A DNA stretch of 39,498 bases, from IMG/VR virus record IMGVR_UViG_3300031949_000096, positions 1 through 39,498 of that record; one strand, given 5' to 3'. Each line of letters opens with the position of its first letter. Positions within the stretch are counted from its first letter, which is position 1. Under the pieces are notes generated by a model, which was not told the DNA's origin, did not search any database, and was given only the letters and a program-made list of their open reading frames with translations. Below, piece by piece: positions 1-8,820 of this stretch. This stretch comes from a virus. A program made the translations under genes and the position numbers.

Positions 1-127
1 CACCGCCTGGTCGGCCGAGGCGCCGATGTCTCGCACTGCCCAGTTCTCCGCTACCGCGTAGGGAGTAGGGCCGGATGAGACGCCGTTGGGGTACCAGTCG
101 CGGGTCTCCTGGACTCCGCTGACAGTC
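1..127. repeat. Terminal direct repeat, copy 1 (identical to 39372..39498)
   Basis: Comparing the ends base by base shows 1..127 (caccgcctgg...gacagtc) is identical to 39372..39498. The repeat lies inside an open reading frame. Confidence 0.97.
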
Positions 128-225
128 GTATCGGCGGGTGCCGATACGATGCCGCGGACCAGGAAACCTGCAACGAGTGCGACGAGCACCAGCACTCCCG
201 CCACTATTGCTTTACCTTGGGTCAT
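1..225 (-). CDS. 5' part of the junction-spanning gene (N-terminal 75 codons); anchored virion-module protein, 215 aa once the circle is closed
   Basis: ATG at 225..223. The translation MTQGKAIVAGVLVLVALVAGFLVRGIVSAPADTTVSGVQETRDWYPNG...AVRDIGASADQAV has no stop down to position 1. It runs in frame into the ORF ending at 38949 (position 36 corresponds to 39407). The N-terminus is a hydrophobic helix. Confidence 0.8.
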   Translation of the reverse strand, partial: MTQGKAIVAGVLVLVALVAGFLVRGIVSAPADTTVSGVQETRDWYPNGVSSGPTPYAVAENWAVRDIGASADQAV

Positions 226-264
226 CGTGGTGTTTATTAGGAGTGATTAAGAGGGCCCCGGGGA

Positions 265-1551
265 CTAGCCGGAGTAAGCCTCGGTGCGAACGCGCACGTC
301 GACCATCATCGGCTTGGCCTCGTAGAAGACCTTGATGCCGTACACCGCCCAGGTGACGACGTCGACGCCGACTTTGCCGTCGCGGTCCTTGACCTTCATC
401 GAGGGGGTCTTTTGGATGACCACGTCGATGGCGCCAGCCACTCCGAAGAGGCAGTGCTGCATCTCCTTCCCTGCGGTGAAGATGTTGCCGACGGCGGTGA
501 AGGTCTCCGACACGTCGACGAAGCCGTAGCCGCTCGCCTTGAGCGAGAGGGTGTCTGCCGAGTTGGAGTTGGTAGCGACGACGTTGAGGAGCGACACATG
601 GGCCGCGGAGTCCTCATCGAACCCACCGAAGCCTGCGTTGGTAGCGTCGGCGATGTCGGTGATAGGGGCGTTGATGGCCGTCTCGAGGTTGGCCCGGGTG
701 AGGTCAACGGTCGAAGCAATTTTTACCTGGCCCGCCGTGGCCGGGACTACCGTGTCCTTGAAGGTAAAGGTGGCGCTACCGATGACGAGCGTGTCGCCGT
801 CGGTAGGGTTGGTCGGCAGGTAGAGCTCTGCGCTCCAGCCGACACCGTTGGAGACGAAGATGTCGTAGCCGAAGTAACGACCCATGTGGCCGTTGAGTCC
901 TACCTGGTCGCCGAGAGCGGTCTCCTTGCCGTCGAGAGACTCGAGGAGCACCTGGTAGACATCCGGCGAGAGGATGGCCACGAGGCGGCCCGCCTTGTTG
1001 TCCTCGTCTCGGAAGCCGGTGAAGCGGCCAGTGAGATTTTGGATAGCGAGGTTGGAGCGCTGGAGAGCCTTGGTGCTCTTGGAGAAGAGCTTGCGCACGT
1101 TCGACGAGTCGAGCGTGATGCCGAGACCGTCGGTGCCGCCAAAGTCACCGTCGTCGATGTTGCGGGTGAACTGGTCGTACTGACCCAGCACATTCGCGTC
1201 GATTTGGTTGAAGATGGCTACCGAAGCGTCGTAGGCGTGCTTTTGCCGAACCGGGAGGTGGTTCTGCAGCTCGTCGAGCTCCTTTATGTAGAAGGACGCC
1301 TCCTTCTCATAGGACACGACGAGAGACTCATCGGTGTCGGTGAGTGCCTGGCGGCTGTATGAGCCGTCGCCACCCATCGTCTTGGCGATGAGGGTGTTGC
1401 GGTACTGGCGGTGGACAGTGTCTCCCTTCTTGAGCCCCGCAGCGAGGCGGAAGTTGGAGATGGCCGGGTATACAGGCACCTTGTGGTGCGTGACCTGGTA
1501 GACCTTGTCCCAGGTCTCCTGGATGCCGGCCGATATGGTGTTCGGGTTCAT
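265..1551 (-). CDS. Major capsid protein (HK97-fold; resembles P22/podovirus-type coat proteins by eye)
   Basis: 428 aa, immediately downstream of the scaffold-like gene in a portal-scaffold-capsid order. The N-terminal pattern (..WDKVYQVTHHKVPVYPAISNF.., GDTVHRQY) looks like coat-protein families. The leader is AT-rich with no SD. Confidence 0.8.
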   Translation of the reverse strand: MNPNTISAGIQETWDKVYQVTHHKVPVYPAISNFRLAAGLKKGDTVHRQYRNTLIAKTMGGDGSYSRQALTDTDESLVVSYEKEASFYIKELDELQNHLPVRQKHAYDASVAIFNQIDANVLGQYDQFTRNIDDGDFGGTDGLGITLDSSNVRKLFSKSTKALQRSNLAIQNLTGRFTGFRDEDNKAGRLVAILSPDVYQVLLESLDGKETALGDQVGLNGHMGRYFGYDIFVSNGVGWSAELYLPTNPTDGDTLVIGSATFTFKDTVVPATAGQVKIASTVDLTRANLETAINAPITDIADATNAGFGGFDEDSAAHVSLLNVVATNSNSADTLSLKASGYGFVDVSETFTAVGNIFTAGKEMQHCLFGVAGAIDVVIQKTPSMKVKDRDGKVGVDVVTWAVYGIKVFYEAKPMMVDVRVRTEAYSG

Positions 1552-1611
1552 TGCTTAAAAGTAAAGCTAAAAGTAATGGGAACTTTTGAGCCTACTCGGC
1601 GAGCAATGGAA

Positions 1612-2712
1612 CTAGTTGAGAGTGACTTCTTGGTCACCGCGGCGCACTGTGAGCGAGGTATCTCGCGCACCGAGGTCGTCGATGTAGGCCACATAGGCCT
1701 CCGGCTCCAGGGCTGAAATAAGCGTCTGCTTATCCGCCCCATCCGCCATATTGTGCAACGGTGCAAAATCGTATTTTTTCGTCTTCGCGTCTTTGACAAA
1801 ATCGGATGCTTTGAGTGTCGTGGCTGCGGCTCCTCCGGGTTTTGATGCCTCGGGTCCCTTGCGGGGTGCCGTCTCCGTGGCCGCGGGCGCAGGAGGCGCT
1901 GGCGGTGCATCTGCAGCAGTTGCCGGAGCGATGAGCTCGTCGAACTGTTTGCGGACTTTCGGGAGTGCAAAAATATCTGCAAGGCTCAAGCGTGCGTATT
2001 CGCGCACATGGGAGAGCTGGTCCATTAACTCGCGCGCCTTCGTCTTTTGCTCATCGGTCGCGTTGGGATATGCCGTATCAAGGTGCTCGGACTGGAAGGG
2101 AGTGTACTCCGTACCGAAGAACTCCTCTTCCTCCTTAGCCTTAGCCGCGATGGCTGCCGCTTCGTCCGCCTTGGTGCTCTCGGTGAGGATTTTTGTGAAA
2201 CCCTCCTGGAGCTCCTTGGGGAAGAGCGACTGTCGGGCCAGGTCGAGTGCAGCTCGCGCTGCCTCCTCCGTGATGTTCGCCTTGGTGGCAAACTCTTGGA
2301 CGGCCGTGGTCTCCTCGGCGGAGCCCGGCTCGAACCCTTTGGCCTTCGCTATCGTGGTAAGGAGCGTCTGCTTCTCTGTGTTCCACGCCTGCTTTTCGCT
2401 CGTGTACTTGGGAACTGGGATATATCTCTCGGGACGTTCCGTGTGGGGCTTCGTCTCCACCTTGGGGACTACGGCCGGCACAACGGCGGCAGCTGGTGCT
2501 TCGGGCTCCTTCCTGGAAACAGGTGCCGGAGCTTCGACTACCGGGGCTGCAGGGGCTGCGGCGACGGGCGGGACGACCACAGGCTTCTCCTCTACGGCCG
2601 GGGTCACCACGGTGGGACCTCCTGCGGTAGAACCTGCGCGCTCCTCCATTGCTGCGACCTCTCTCTCGAGCGATGTGTCGCTATTTGCCGCGACGTCTTT
2701 TTTAGGGGGCAT
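1612..2712 (-). CDS. Scaffolding protein (positional call)
   Basis: 366 aa with Pro/Ala-rich linkers and long charged helical segments. It lies directly upstream of the capsid gene. Confidence 0.55.
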   Translation of the reverse strand: MPPKKDVAANSDTSLEREVAAMEERAGSTAGGPTVVTPAVEEKPVVVPPVAAAPAAPVVEAPAPVSRKEPEAPAAAVVPAVVPKVETKPHTERPERYIPVPKYTSEKQAWNTEKQTLLTTIAKAKGFEPGSAEETTAVQEFATKANITEEAARAALDLARQSLFPKELQEGFTKILTESTKADEAAAIAAKAKEEEEFFGTEYTPFQSEHLDTAYPNATDEQKTKARELMDQLSHVREYARLSLADIFALPKVRKQFDELIAPATAADAPPAPPAPAATETAPRKGPEASKPGGAAATTLKASDFVKDAKTKKYDFAPLHNMADGADKQTLISALEPEAYVAYIDDLGARDTSLTVRRGDQEVTLN

Positions 2713-2958
2713 TGTACTTTTTGAAGCGGTGGTAGCCGCTAGTTTTTATCAGTTCGGTGACTAACCGAAAAATCCTTGGTGTCCCAGATGAGCTGGGCGC
2801 TCGTGTATGAAATCGTCGGACCATCATATACACCAGCGGCGGCGGTCCTCTCGGAGCCGCCGCCGCCTCGTAATCCCGCCCGGCAAGGAGGAAGTACGAA
2901 GCATCGGTGGCTCCGAGAAAACAGTGCCGGGCTGGTTGTTAAAGTGCGAGTGTTGCTG

Positions 2959-3558
2959 CTATTTGACCTTGCCTTCGTGCACAAAGACCTGGCCGCCCTT
3001 GAGCGCAGCCATGGCGAGCGCATCCTCCTTTGCCTCCTGCGAGGACACCGGGAAGACCTCGGCCTTCTCTATCGTCTTGCCGCCGTCCTTGTCGGTCTCC
3101 TCCCAGCGCACGCGCACCGCCTTGACGGTGCTGGAGGCGACGATAGAGCCGCCGTGCTTGCCTACGAAGGCTTTGGCGAGCTCCTGGAACTCGGCACCGT
3201 GGACCGCTTTGGAGAAGGTGCGGATGTACTTGAGGTTCGGCTGGCTGCCTTTGACGATGTCGACGCTGTCGCCCTTGACATCTGCCTGCTCTGCCGCCTC
3301 TGCGGCCGGCGCGGCTGCTGCCTCTGCGCCTACGGTGCCGCCTGCGAGTGCCTTGCGGCCCTCTGCGACCGCTTTGCGGAGTTCCGGGAGCGTCATCTCC
3401 GAGAACTTAGCATCGCCGAAATCGAGCTCCTTGGAGAGGACCTCGAGCTCTGCGAGCGCCTGCTCCGTGTTGAGCGCGGACGCCTTAATGGGCTTGGTAG
3501 CTGCTGCGGCTGCCTTCTTGCTGCCGACTTTCTTCGCTGCTGTTTTTTTCTTGGCCAT
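2959..3558 (-). CDS. Hypothetical head-module protein with a Lys/Ala-rich histone-H1-like N-terminus
   Basis: 199 aa beginning MAKKKTAAKKVGSKKAAAAATKP... It sits between the portal and scaffold genes and has strong GC3 bias. Confidence 0.7.
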   Translation of the reverse strand: MAKKKTAAKKVGSKKAAAAATKPIKASALNTEQALAELEVLSKELDFGDAKFSEMTLPELRKAVAEGRKALAGGTVGAEAAAAPAAEAAEQADVKGDSVDIVKGSQPNLKYIRTFSKAVHGAEFQELAKAFVGKHGGSIVASSTVKAVRVRWEETDKDGGKTIEKAEVFPVSSQEAKEDALAMAALKGGQVFVHEGKVK

Positions 3559-3572
3559 GATAAAAATGCTAC

Positions 3573-3902
3573 TTAATAATCGCCCTCTGCTTCGCCCCCG
3601 CGCTCTGCCTTGCGCGATACCTTAGTGTCGGACTCGAGCGCCTCGCACCCTGCCTGGTGCACCTCGATGTCGAGGCTCCCTATAACCTCTTCGCCGCCGC
3701 GCATCTCCTGCTGGCTGCGGCCGACTATCTCGCCTTCGAGCACGATGCGGACCTTGCCGTTCATCGGCAAGTCGACCGCTTCGGGAGGGAGAGAGTCGAG
3801 AGTAAGATACACACGCGGAAAATCGGCCTTTGGCTTCTCCGTCATCTCCTTGAGAAACGGCGGGACCTGCTTTTCTACTTTGTGCATTTTCATGTCGGCC
3901 AT
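3573..3902 (-). CDS. Hypothetical head-module protein
   Basis: 109-aa ORF with tight spacing to its neighbours. The upstream sequence is GGGGTATACT-N10-ATG. Confidence 0.65.
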   Translation of the reverse strand: MADMKMHKVEKQVPPFLKEMTEKPKADFPRVYLTLDSLPPEAVDLPMNGKVRIVLEGEIVGRSQQEMRGGEEVIGSLDIEVHQAGCEALESDTKVSRKAERGGEAEGDY

Positions 3903-3921
3903 ATATGCTGGAAGTATACCC

Positions 3922-4293
3922 CTACTTCTTCTTCGGTGGTGTCAAGCTATCCACAGTCTCCTCGATGAAGCCGAGCGCCTGCATCGCCTTGGTGCCGTCG
4001 AGTCGCTCCAGCCAAAACTTGTGGGCCTTTTTCTCGGCGAAGAGCACCGCGCGCTGTGCCTCCGTGAGCGTCTCGTCGTTAGCGAGGAGGAAGCTGATAT
4101 CCTGGATGGCTTTGACCGCCTCGTCGACCATCTCTTTGACCTCCGGGCGCTCGATGAGCTTGGCCTTTTTGATGTTGCGGCGCATGGCCGCTTCGGTGTC
4201 GGTGATGGCGCGCTGCAGCTCCGGCTGCCCGGTGTAGACCTGGCGGAGCTCCGAGAGCTTTGTTTCGAGTCGTTGAGTGTTGGGGTCGGCCAT
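3922..4293 (-). CDS. Hypothetical coiled-coil protein
   Basis: 123 aa, charged and helical. It starts 4 nt after the portal stop, and TACAATAAACCTATG lies at its start. Confidence 0.7.
   Translation of the reverse strand: MADPNTQRLETKLSELRQVYTGQPELQRAITDTEAAMRRNIKKAKLIERPEVKEMVDEAVKAIQDISFLLANDETLTEAQRAVLFAEKKAHKFWLERLDGTKAMQALGFIEETVDSLTPPKKK
3940..3955 (-). promoter_or_regulatory. DnaA-box-like element (8/9) abutting GCTTGACA
   Basis: The minus strand reads TGTGGATAG-C-TTGACA. It lies at the 3' end of the 3922..4293 CDS, about 40 nt upstream of the 3902 start. A TATACT hexamer follows 21 nt downstream. Confidence 0.35.
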
Positions 4294-4297
4294 AGGT

Positions 4298-6307
4298 TTA
4301 TTGTACCCCCTCTGCAGCGCGAGTGAGCGGGTCTACCGGCGCCTCGGGGGTGTCGATGATAGGCGTCTTGTCGGAGCCGCCGGCTGCAGCCGCGGCGTTG
4401 GCCGCCATCTGTGCCTGCTGGCTCTTTATCTCGAGCGCCGCGCGCGCCTCGTTCTTGGCCGCTATCTCGCCGTGCGAGAGCGCGTAGTCGAGCATCTTCT
4501 CCCGGACGTCGTCCTTGAGCTCCTCGTTGGAGTTGGCCACGTTGACCACATACTCGATGAAGGCGGTGTTGGCGCCGGAGTTGAGCTTCGGCGTGCGGCC
4601 CTTCTTGATTTGCTCGCAGGCCTGGGCAGCCTCCGACATGAGCGCCTTGGTGAGGTTCGGCTGGTAGTTGAAAGCCTCGCGTATCTCCTCCTCGGTAAAC
4701 GGCCCGGTGCGGAGCATCTGCTCGTCGCGCCATCGTGGGTTAGGAGTGGTGACGCCGGCCAGGATGGTGCGCTTCTCATTGCGGTCCACGATGGTGCGCT
4801 CCTCCTCTTCGTTGCCGCCGATGACCGAGACCGAGATAAAGTCTATATACTCGAGGTCCGCCTTGGTGAGCGTCTCCGTCTCGAAGCCCGCCTCGCCGAC
4901 CAGCTCCACCTCGAGCCCCTCGTCGGTGAGGTTATCCTTGAGCCCGATGAGGAAGCGCATGGCCAGCTCCTCATACATCTCTGTGTAGCTCTTATTGCGC
5001 GTGCCTATAAACTCGTCGATTTGCTGCAGCTCGCCGAAATAGATGCCGACTTTTTTATCCTTCTCCGCGGCGCCCTTGCTGCCCGGCGTGTTGCCGGTAT
5101 TGCGGCCAAAGAAGTTTTCGACATAGGTGGCGAGGTCGAGGCTGCCGTTGAGGCCGCCGACTTTGAACTCATAGAAAGCGTTGGCCATGGTCTTGCCCTG
5201 GCCTACCTTGACCGGCACGAGGCCGTCCGGGCGCCAGTCTGCGAGCGCGCCGACGTCGAGGACCATGTCCGGGTCATACCCGCGCTGGCCCTTGTTTTGC
5301 TTCTCGCGGTTGTAGAGCTCCTGGTTGAGCACGCGGTTGAGGTACTTCGCCGCCGGGCGCCAGTCGTCGGCGCTGCCCTTGCTCCAAAAGAGGCCGTACT
5401 CCTCGAACATGGCCCAGGTCGGATACGGATAGAGCGAGTCGGTCGCGCCCTTCGGGATGCTGGCGATGTCGCGCAGCGGCTTGATGCGGACCCAGGTGCC
5501 GGTCTGCTTGTCGAAGAGCACATACCAGCGCACGCCCTCGAAGGTGAGGTACCACTCGACGAACTGGAAGACCTGCTGGCCGACGTAGGAGTGCGTCTTC
5601 GGGTCGAGCCCCATGGCGGTGTGCCGGCTGTGCACCTCGTTCTGCTCGTCCTGCACGTTTTGGTAGTCGCTCTGCCCGACGCCGGTGACCAGGCGCCCGA
5701 CGTTTTCGCGGTCGTAGTAGCCCAGCGTGGAGCCGGTCTCGAGCTGCTGCTTGGTCAAAAAGATGCCCTCCTCGCCGCAGTAGAGGTGGTTCTCGAGATG
5801 CCCGCCGCCATCCGGCTGGCTGTGGAAAAGTTTGTAGTCGACGGTGGAGAAGACGCTGCGATAGCGGCCCTGCACGTTCTCGGCAAAATACTTATGGATG
5901 GCCCGGCCACCCATGATGGCGAGCTTCTTACCCTGGCGGTCCTTGAGCCGGTACTTGTTTTCGGTGAGCGGCGAGGCGATGGTCGCGTCCCAGGCTGCCT
6001 GGAACTTCTGCGCAGCCTTCCACGCGGCGGTGCGGCGCGCCTTGAAGCGCACGCGGGGGCCGTCGTCGACCCGGGCCAGCGTATGGTCCACGGAGCCGGA
6101 CATGAAAGGGAAGGCCTCGTTGAAAGGATTTTTTGGCTGCTTCTCTGCGACGCCAAAGTAGAGGTCCTCGTTCTCCTTGATGAAGGCGAGGCGCGGCGCT
6201 TTGTATGAGATGCTCGTGTCGAGCTGTTGCTTTGCGGCCCGCGAGATGCGGTCGGCAAGGTCCCGAGTGAGGACCGGCGGCTGGATGATAAAAGAGTTGG
6301 ATAGCAT
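4298..6307 (-). CDS. Portal protein
   Basis: 669 aa, the next gene downstream of TerL. Size, position and the Ala/Gln-rich flexible C-terminus are typical of podovirus-type head-tail connectors. Confidence 0.8.
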   Translation of the reverse strand: MLSNSFIIQPPVLTRDLADRISRAAKQQLDTSISYKAPRLAFIKENEDLYFGVAEKQPKNPFNEAFPFMSGSVDHTLARVDDGPRVRFKARRTAAWKAAQKFQAAWDATIASPLTENKYRLKDRQGKKLAIMGGRAIHKYFAENVQGRYRSVFSTVDYKLFHSQPDGGGHLENHLYCGEEGIFLTKQQLETGSTLGYYDRENVGRLVTGVGQSDYQNVQDEQNEVHSRHTAMGLDPKTHSYVGQQVFQFVEWYLTFEGVRWYVLFDKQTGTWVRIKPLRDIASIPKGATDSLYPYPTWAMFEEYGLFWSKGSADDWRPAAKYLNRVLNQELYNREKQNKGQRGYDPDMVLDVGALADWRPDGLVPVKVGQGKTMANAFYEFKVGGLNGSLDLATYVENFFGRNTGNTPGSKGAAEKDKKVGIYFGELQQIDEFIGTRNKSYTEMYEELAMRFLIGLKDNLTDEGLEVELVGEAGFETETLTKADLEYIDFISVSVIGGNEEEERTIVDRNEKRTILAGVTTPNPRWRDEQMLRTGPFTEEEIREAFNYQPNLTKALMSEAAQACEQIKKGRTPKLNSGANTAFIEYVVNVANSNEELKDDVREKMLDYALSHGEIAAKNEARAALEIKSQQAQMAANAAAAAGGSDKTPIIDTPEAPVDPLTRAAEGVQ

Positions 6308-6351
6308 CGGGTCCTGCCGGGACTTTGCGCTTAGTGTATCATCACTCGCCC

Positions 6352-6373
6352 TGTCAAGCCCCCACTGTCCACA
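6352..6373 (-). promoter_or_regulatory. Composite box-like element plus GCTTGACA upstream of the portal gene
   Basis: The minus strand reads TGTGGACAG-TGGGGGC-TTGACA, a 7/9 DnaA-box match with a 7-nt spacer ending in GC. It lies in the 69-nt TerL-portal intergenic region. The geometry matches 9486..9507 and 18339..18360. Confidence 0.45.
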
Positions 6374-6376
6374 GTT

Positions 6377-8068
6377 TTAGCCGCCGTACTCGCCTTTTTT
6401 CTGTATCGTGTTCTTGTATTTGTTTCCCTGGTCGACCGAGCTGCCGGCTATCTTGGCCAGGTGTCGGCCCTCCCATGCGAGCGCTGCAGCGATGAGCTTG
6501 TCGAAGTGCCGGGTCTGTCCCTCCTTGACCTGGATGCTGCGCGCGTCCTCGTTGGTGAAGCGGTAGCACTCGTCGAGCAGGTCCGCGTCGAGTATCTCGA
6601 GGTCGCCATCCTGCACGGCCGAGCGGAACTGCGAGAGGATGTCGCTCTTCGTGCCGTGGCTCATCCAAAAGCCGTAGACGTCCATGGGCTTGCCGGTGGT
6701 GCGGTTCTTGACCTGGCGGATATAAATGTTGGTGTACTCGCAGCCGCCGTCCTCCTCGTTGCGCACGAGCGTGCCGATGCAGGCATAGCCATAGTTGTAT
6801 TCGGGCACCAGTATCGGCGAGCCGTACATGAGCAGCTCGCGGCGCAGCTCGAAGGCGAAGGTGTCGTGGCCGATTTGGTTGTCGGCAAAGGTACCCACCA
6901 GGAGGTTCGGCTTGCGGGAGATGTCGATGCCGGCGGAGGCGTTGTGGTCCCCGCCGTGCCCGGAGGCGTGGTCGGAGCCGAAGGAGTAGGCGTGCTTTTG
7001 GTCGTACTTTGCCCATATCTTAAAGCCTGCGTCGACCTTAATCGGCGGCTTGCATTTGGTGATGAGCTCTTTGATGCGTTCCCGGTCGAAGAAGTAGTCG
7101 GCCGCAGCGCCGGGCTCGTTCATCATCTCGACGGCAAAGGTGGTCTCGCCGAGCGAGCGACGCTTGCTCTCGACGGAGATGACCCTCTTGTCGCGGATAG
7201 TGATTTTCATGTTGATGGCGGCGGCCTCCTCGTCGGTGAGCACGAAACGTCCCGGCCAGGTGGGCTGCCCTTCAGTATCCAGCACTTTGATGTTGCGCAC
7301 CACTCCGCGCGTCCCCAGGCTCTGCACATGGAGCATGATGTCGGTCGCCACCCCGCCCTCCTGGATGTAGTTGGTGAGGTAGAGGATTTTCGCGCCGATG
7401 CCCATGCCGGCGCGCAGCGCGTTGATGTGCTTAATGATTTTGGTGGTGATGAGCCAGCTCTCCTTCGTTATCTCGTTCTCGACGTCGTCGATGAGGTAGA
7501 GGCCCGGGCGCCAGCGTTTGAAGAGGCGGCCGCGGGTGGAGCTGCCGGTGGAGAACGCCTCCACCTTGACCTTGTTGGTGGTGATAAACATACCGACGCG
7601 CTTGACCTCGGACCCTTCCTCTTCCTCCTCCTGCTGCGGCCGGCGGCGCTTGGTGTAGAGCCGGCCGAAGTCCTGGATGAGGCGCTTGTTGGTCATGAGC
7701 TCCTGCGAGACGTCGAAGAGCGTGGCCTCCGCGTTGTTTTTGTCGTAGGAGTCGACGTTGATATAGCGCTCGAGCTGGAAGCAGATGGCGTAGGTGATGA
7801 GGCACAGTTTGGCGATGGAGGTCTTGGCGCTCTCGCGGAAGCCCATCCAGTGCACCTCATCGAGCCGCCCCTCGAAGAGGCCGTGGATGTCCTCGTTAAA
7901 CTCAAAATGAAAGGGGGCGAAGCGGTGGGTGAAAAAGTGCGGGAAGTAGTAGATGGCGAAGTAGAGCGGCCCGAGCTTGCTGTTTTGGAAAAGGTATTTG
8001 CGCTGCGCCGGCGTGCCGGATTTTATAGCCTCGAGGACGATGGGGTTGAGTCGGAGCATTTTATGCAA
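6377..8068 (-). CDS. terL: Terminase large subunit
   Basis: 563 aa. It has a deviant Walker A (GFRESAKTS), a Walker B-like LYLIDDVENE, and a C-terminal nuclease-like half. It is followed by the portal gene. Confidence 0.85.
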   Translation of the reverse strand: MHKMLRLNPIVLEAIKSGTPAQRKYLFQNSKLGPLYFAIYYFPHFFTHRFAPFHFEFNEDIHGLFEGRLDEVHWMGFRESAKTSIAKLCLITYAICFQLERYINVDSYDKNNAEATLFDVSQELMTNKRLIQDFGRLYTKRRRPQQEEEEEGSEVKRVGMFITTNKVKVEAFSTGSSTRGRLFKRWRPGLYLIDDVENEITKESWLITTKIIKHINALRAGMGIGAKILYLTNYIQEGGVATDIMLHVQSLGTRGVVRNIKVLDTEGQPTWPGRFVLTDEEAAAINMKITIRDKRVISVESKRRSLGETTFAVEMMNEPGAAADYFFDRERIKELITKCKPPIKVDAGFKIWAKYDQKHAYSFGSDHASGHGGDHNASAGIDISRKPNLLVGTFADNQIGHDTFAFELRRELLMYGSPILVPEYNYGYACIGTLVRNEEDGGCEYTNIYIRQVKNRTTGKPMDVYGFWMSHGTKSDILSQFRSAVQDGDLEILDADLLDECYRFTNEDARSIQVKEGQTRHFDKLIAAALAWEGRHLAKIAGSSVDQGNKYKNTIQKKGEYGG

Positions 8069-8600
8069 AGTTGGCGCGGGGCACTAGGAGCTTGTGACCG
8101 CGCGCCTGGTCGCGGGCCTTCTTCTCGGCGATGAGCAGGGCCATGCGCGCATCCCGCTCGGGCTTGCTGCGCTTGCGGCTCGAGGCGCGATACTCCCGGT
8201 AGCTCTTGCCCGGGTTGACGTTGACGCACTCGTCGTCGATGAGCGCCTGGTACTTCTCGCTCGGCTTGGGTGTGCGGCGAGCCAGCAGCGGCACGCAGGG
8301 CGTGGTAGGGCCTATACGCTCGACGGAGAGGCGCTGGCGCCGGGTCTGTCGCATCTGTGCGGCGGTCATCCTGTCCGAGCGTGGCCGGCCGCGGCGCACG
8401 ATGACGGTGTTGGAGAACGCGGTGAGTCCTTGCGAAAAGCGCACGAGGTTGTAGCGGATGGTCGAGTAGTCGCAGCCGAAGTGCTTGCCGAGCCGCGGCA
8501 TCGACATCCCGGCGCGCCGGAGCTCGAGCAGCTCCTGCAGCTTCTCGGGGTTGCGGCCGAAGATGTCGCGGTTCTTTTGTGGGAGCGTCACGGAGCTCAT
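8061..8600 (-). CDS. HTH DNA-binding protein; positional candidate for the terminase small subunit
   Basis: 179 aa with an HTH (AGMSMPRLGKHFGCDYSTIRYNLVRF) and a basic C-terminal half. It overlaps the terL start by 8 nt. TAGAATAAACGCATG lies at its start. Confidence 0.5.
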   Translation of the reverse strand: MSSVTLPQKNRDIFGRNPEKLQELLELRRAGMSMPRLGKHFGCDYSTIRYNLVRFSQGLTAFSNTVIVRRGRPRSDRMTAAQMRQTRRQRLSVERIGPTTPCVPLLARRTPKPSEKYQALIDDECVNVNPGKSYREYRASSRKRSKPERDARMALLIAEKKARDQARGHKLLVPRANFA

Positions 8601-8618
8601 GCGTTTATTCTAACCGCA

Positions 8619-8650
8619 GAAAAAGACCCCGCGCGTTGCCGCGGGGGGTC
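8619..8650 (-). terminator. Intrinsic terminator candidate between the small late-leader genes and the packaging genes
   Basis: The minus strand has a CCCCGCG-N6-CGCGGGG stem (8627..8646) followed by TCTTTTTCT. It lies between the stop at 8671 and the start at 8600. Confidence 0.6.
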
Positions 8651-8670
8651 GGGTCGGATAGTCGGGAGCA

Positions 8671-8820
8671 TCACCACTTCTTGCCGCTCCCGAGATAAGT
8701 GAGCCAGCGGTCGCGCTTGTCGCGGTCGCGGGCCTCCTGGGCGCGTCGGTCGTGGTCATCCTCGGCCAGCGCTTCGAGCGAGTCGGTGATGAACTTCCAT
8801 ATCGAGCGGAGGTACTGCAT
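8671..8820 (-). CDS. Small hypothetical protein (49 aa; below the ORF-track length cutoff)
   Basis: MQYLRSIWKFITDSLEALAEDDHDRRAQEARDRDKRDRWLTYLGSGKKW. Its start shares one base with the upstream stop (TGATG). Confidence 0.55.
   Translation of the reverse strand: MQYLRSIWKFITDSLEALAEDDHDRRAQEARDRDKRDRWLTYLGSGKKW

Noticed and set aside
226-264. The CCCCGGGG palindrome after the capsid stop codon as a terminator.
   Set aside because: It is a self-complementary 8-mer with no loop and no following T-tract. The next gene starts 39 nt downstream and is probably co-transcribed.
4277-8134. Very long plus-strand ORFs antisense to the portal, TerL and other genes (for example 4277..6208, 6461..8134, 20439..22325, 30292..32337, 412..1362).
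   Set aside because: These are shadow ORFs, typical of GC-rich DNA with GC3-biased genes on the other strand. The translations are Arg/Ala/Gly/Leu-rich low complexity with no motifs. The minus-strand partners carry clear phage protein signatures and coupled start/stop geometry.
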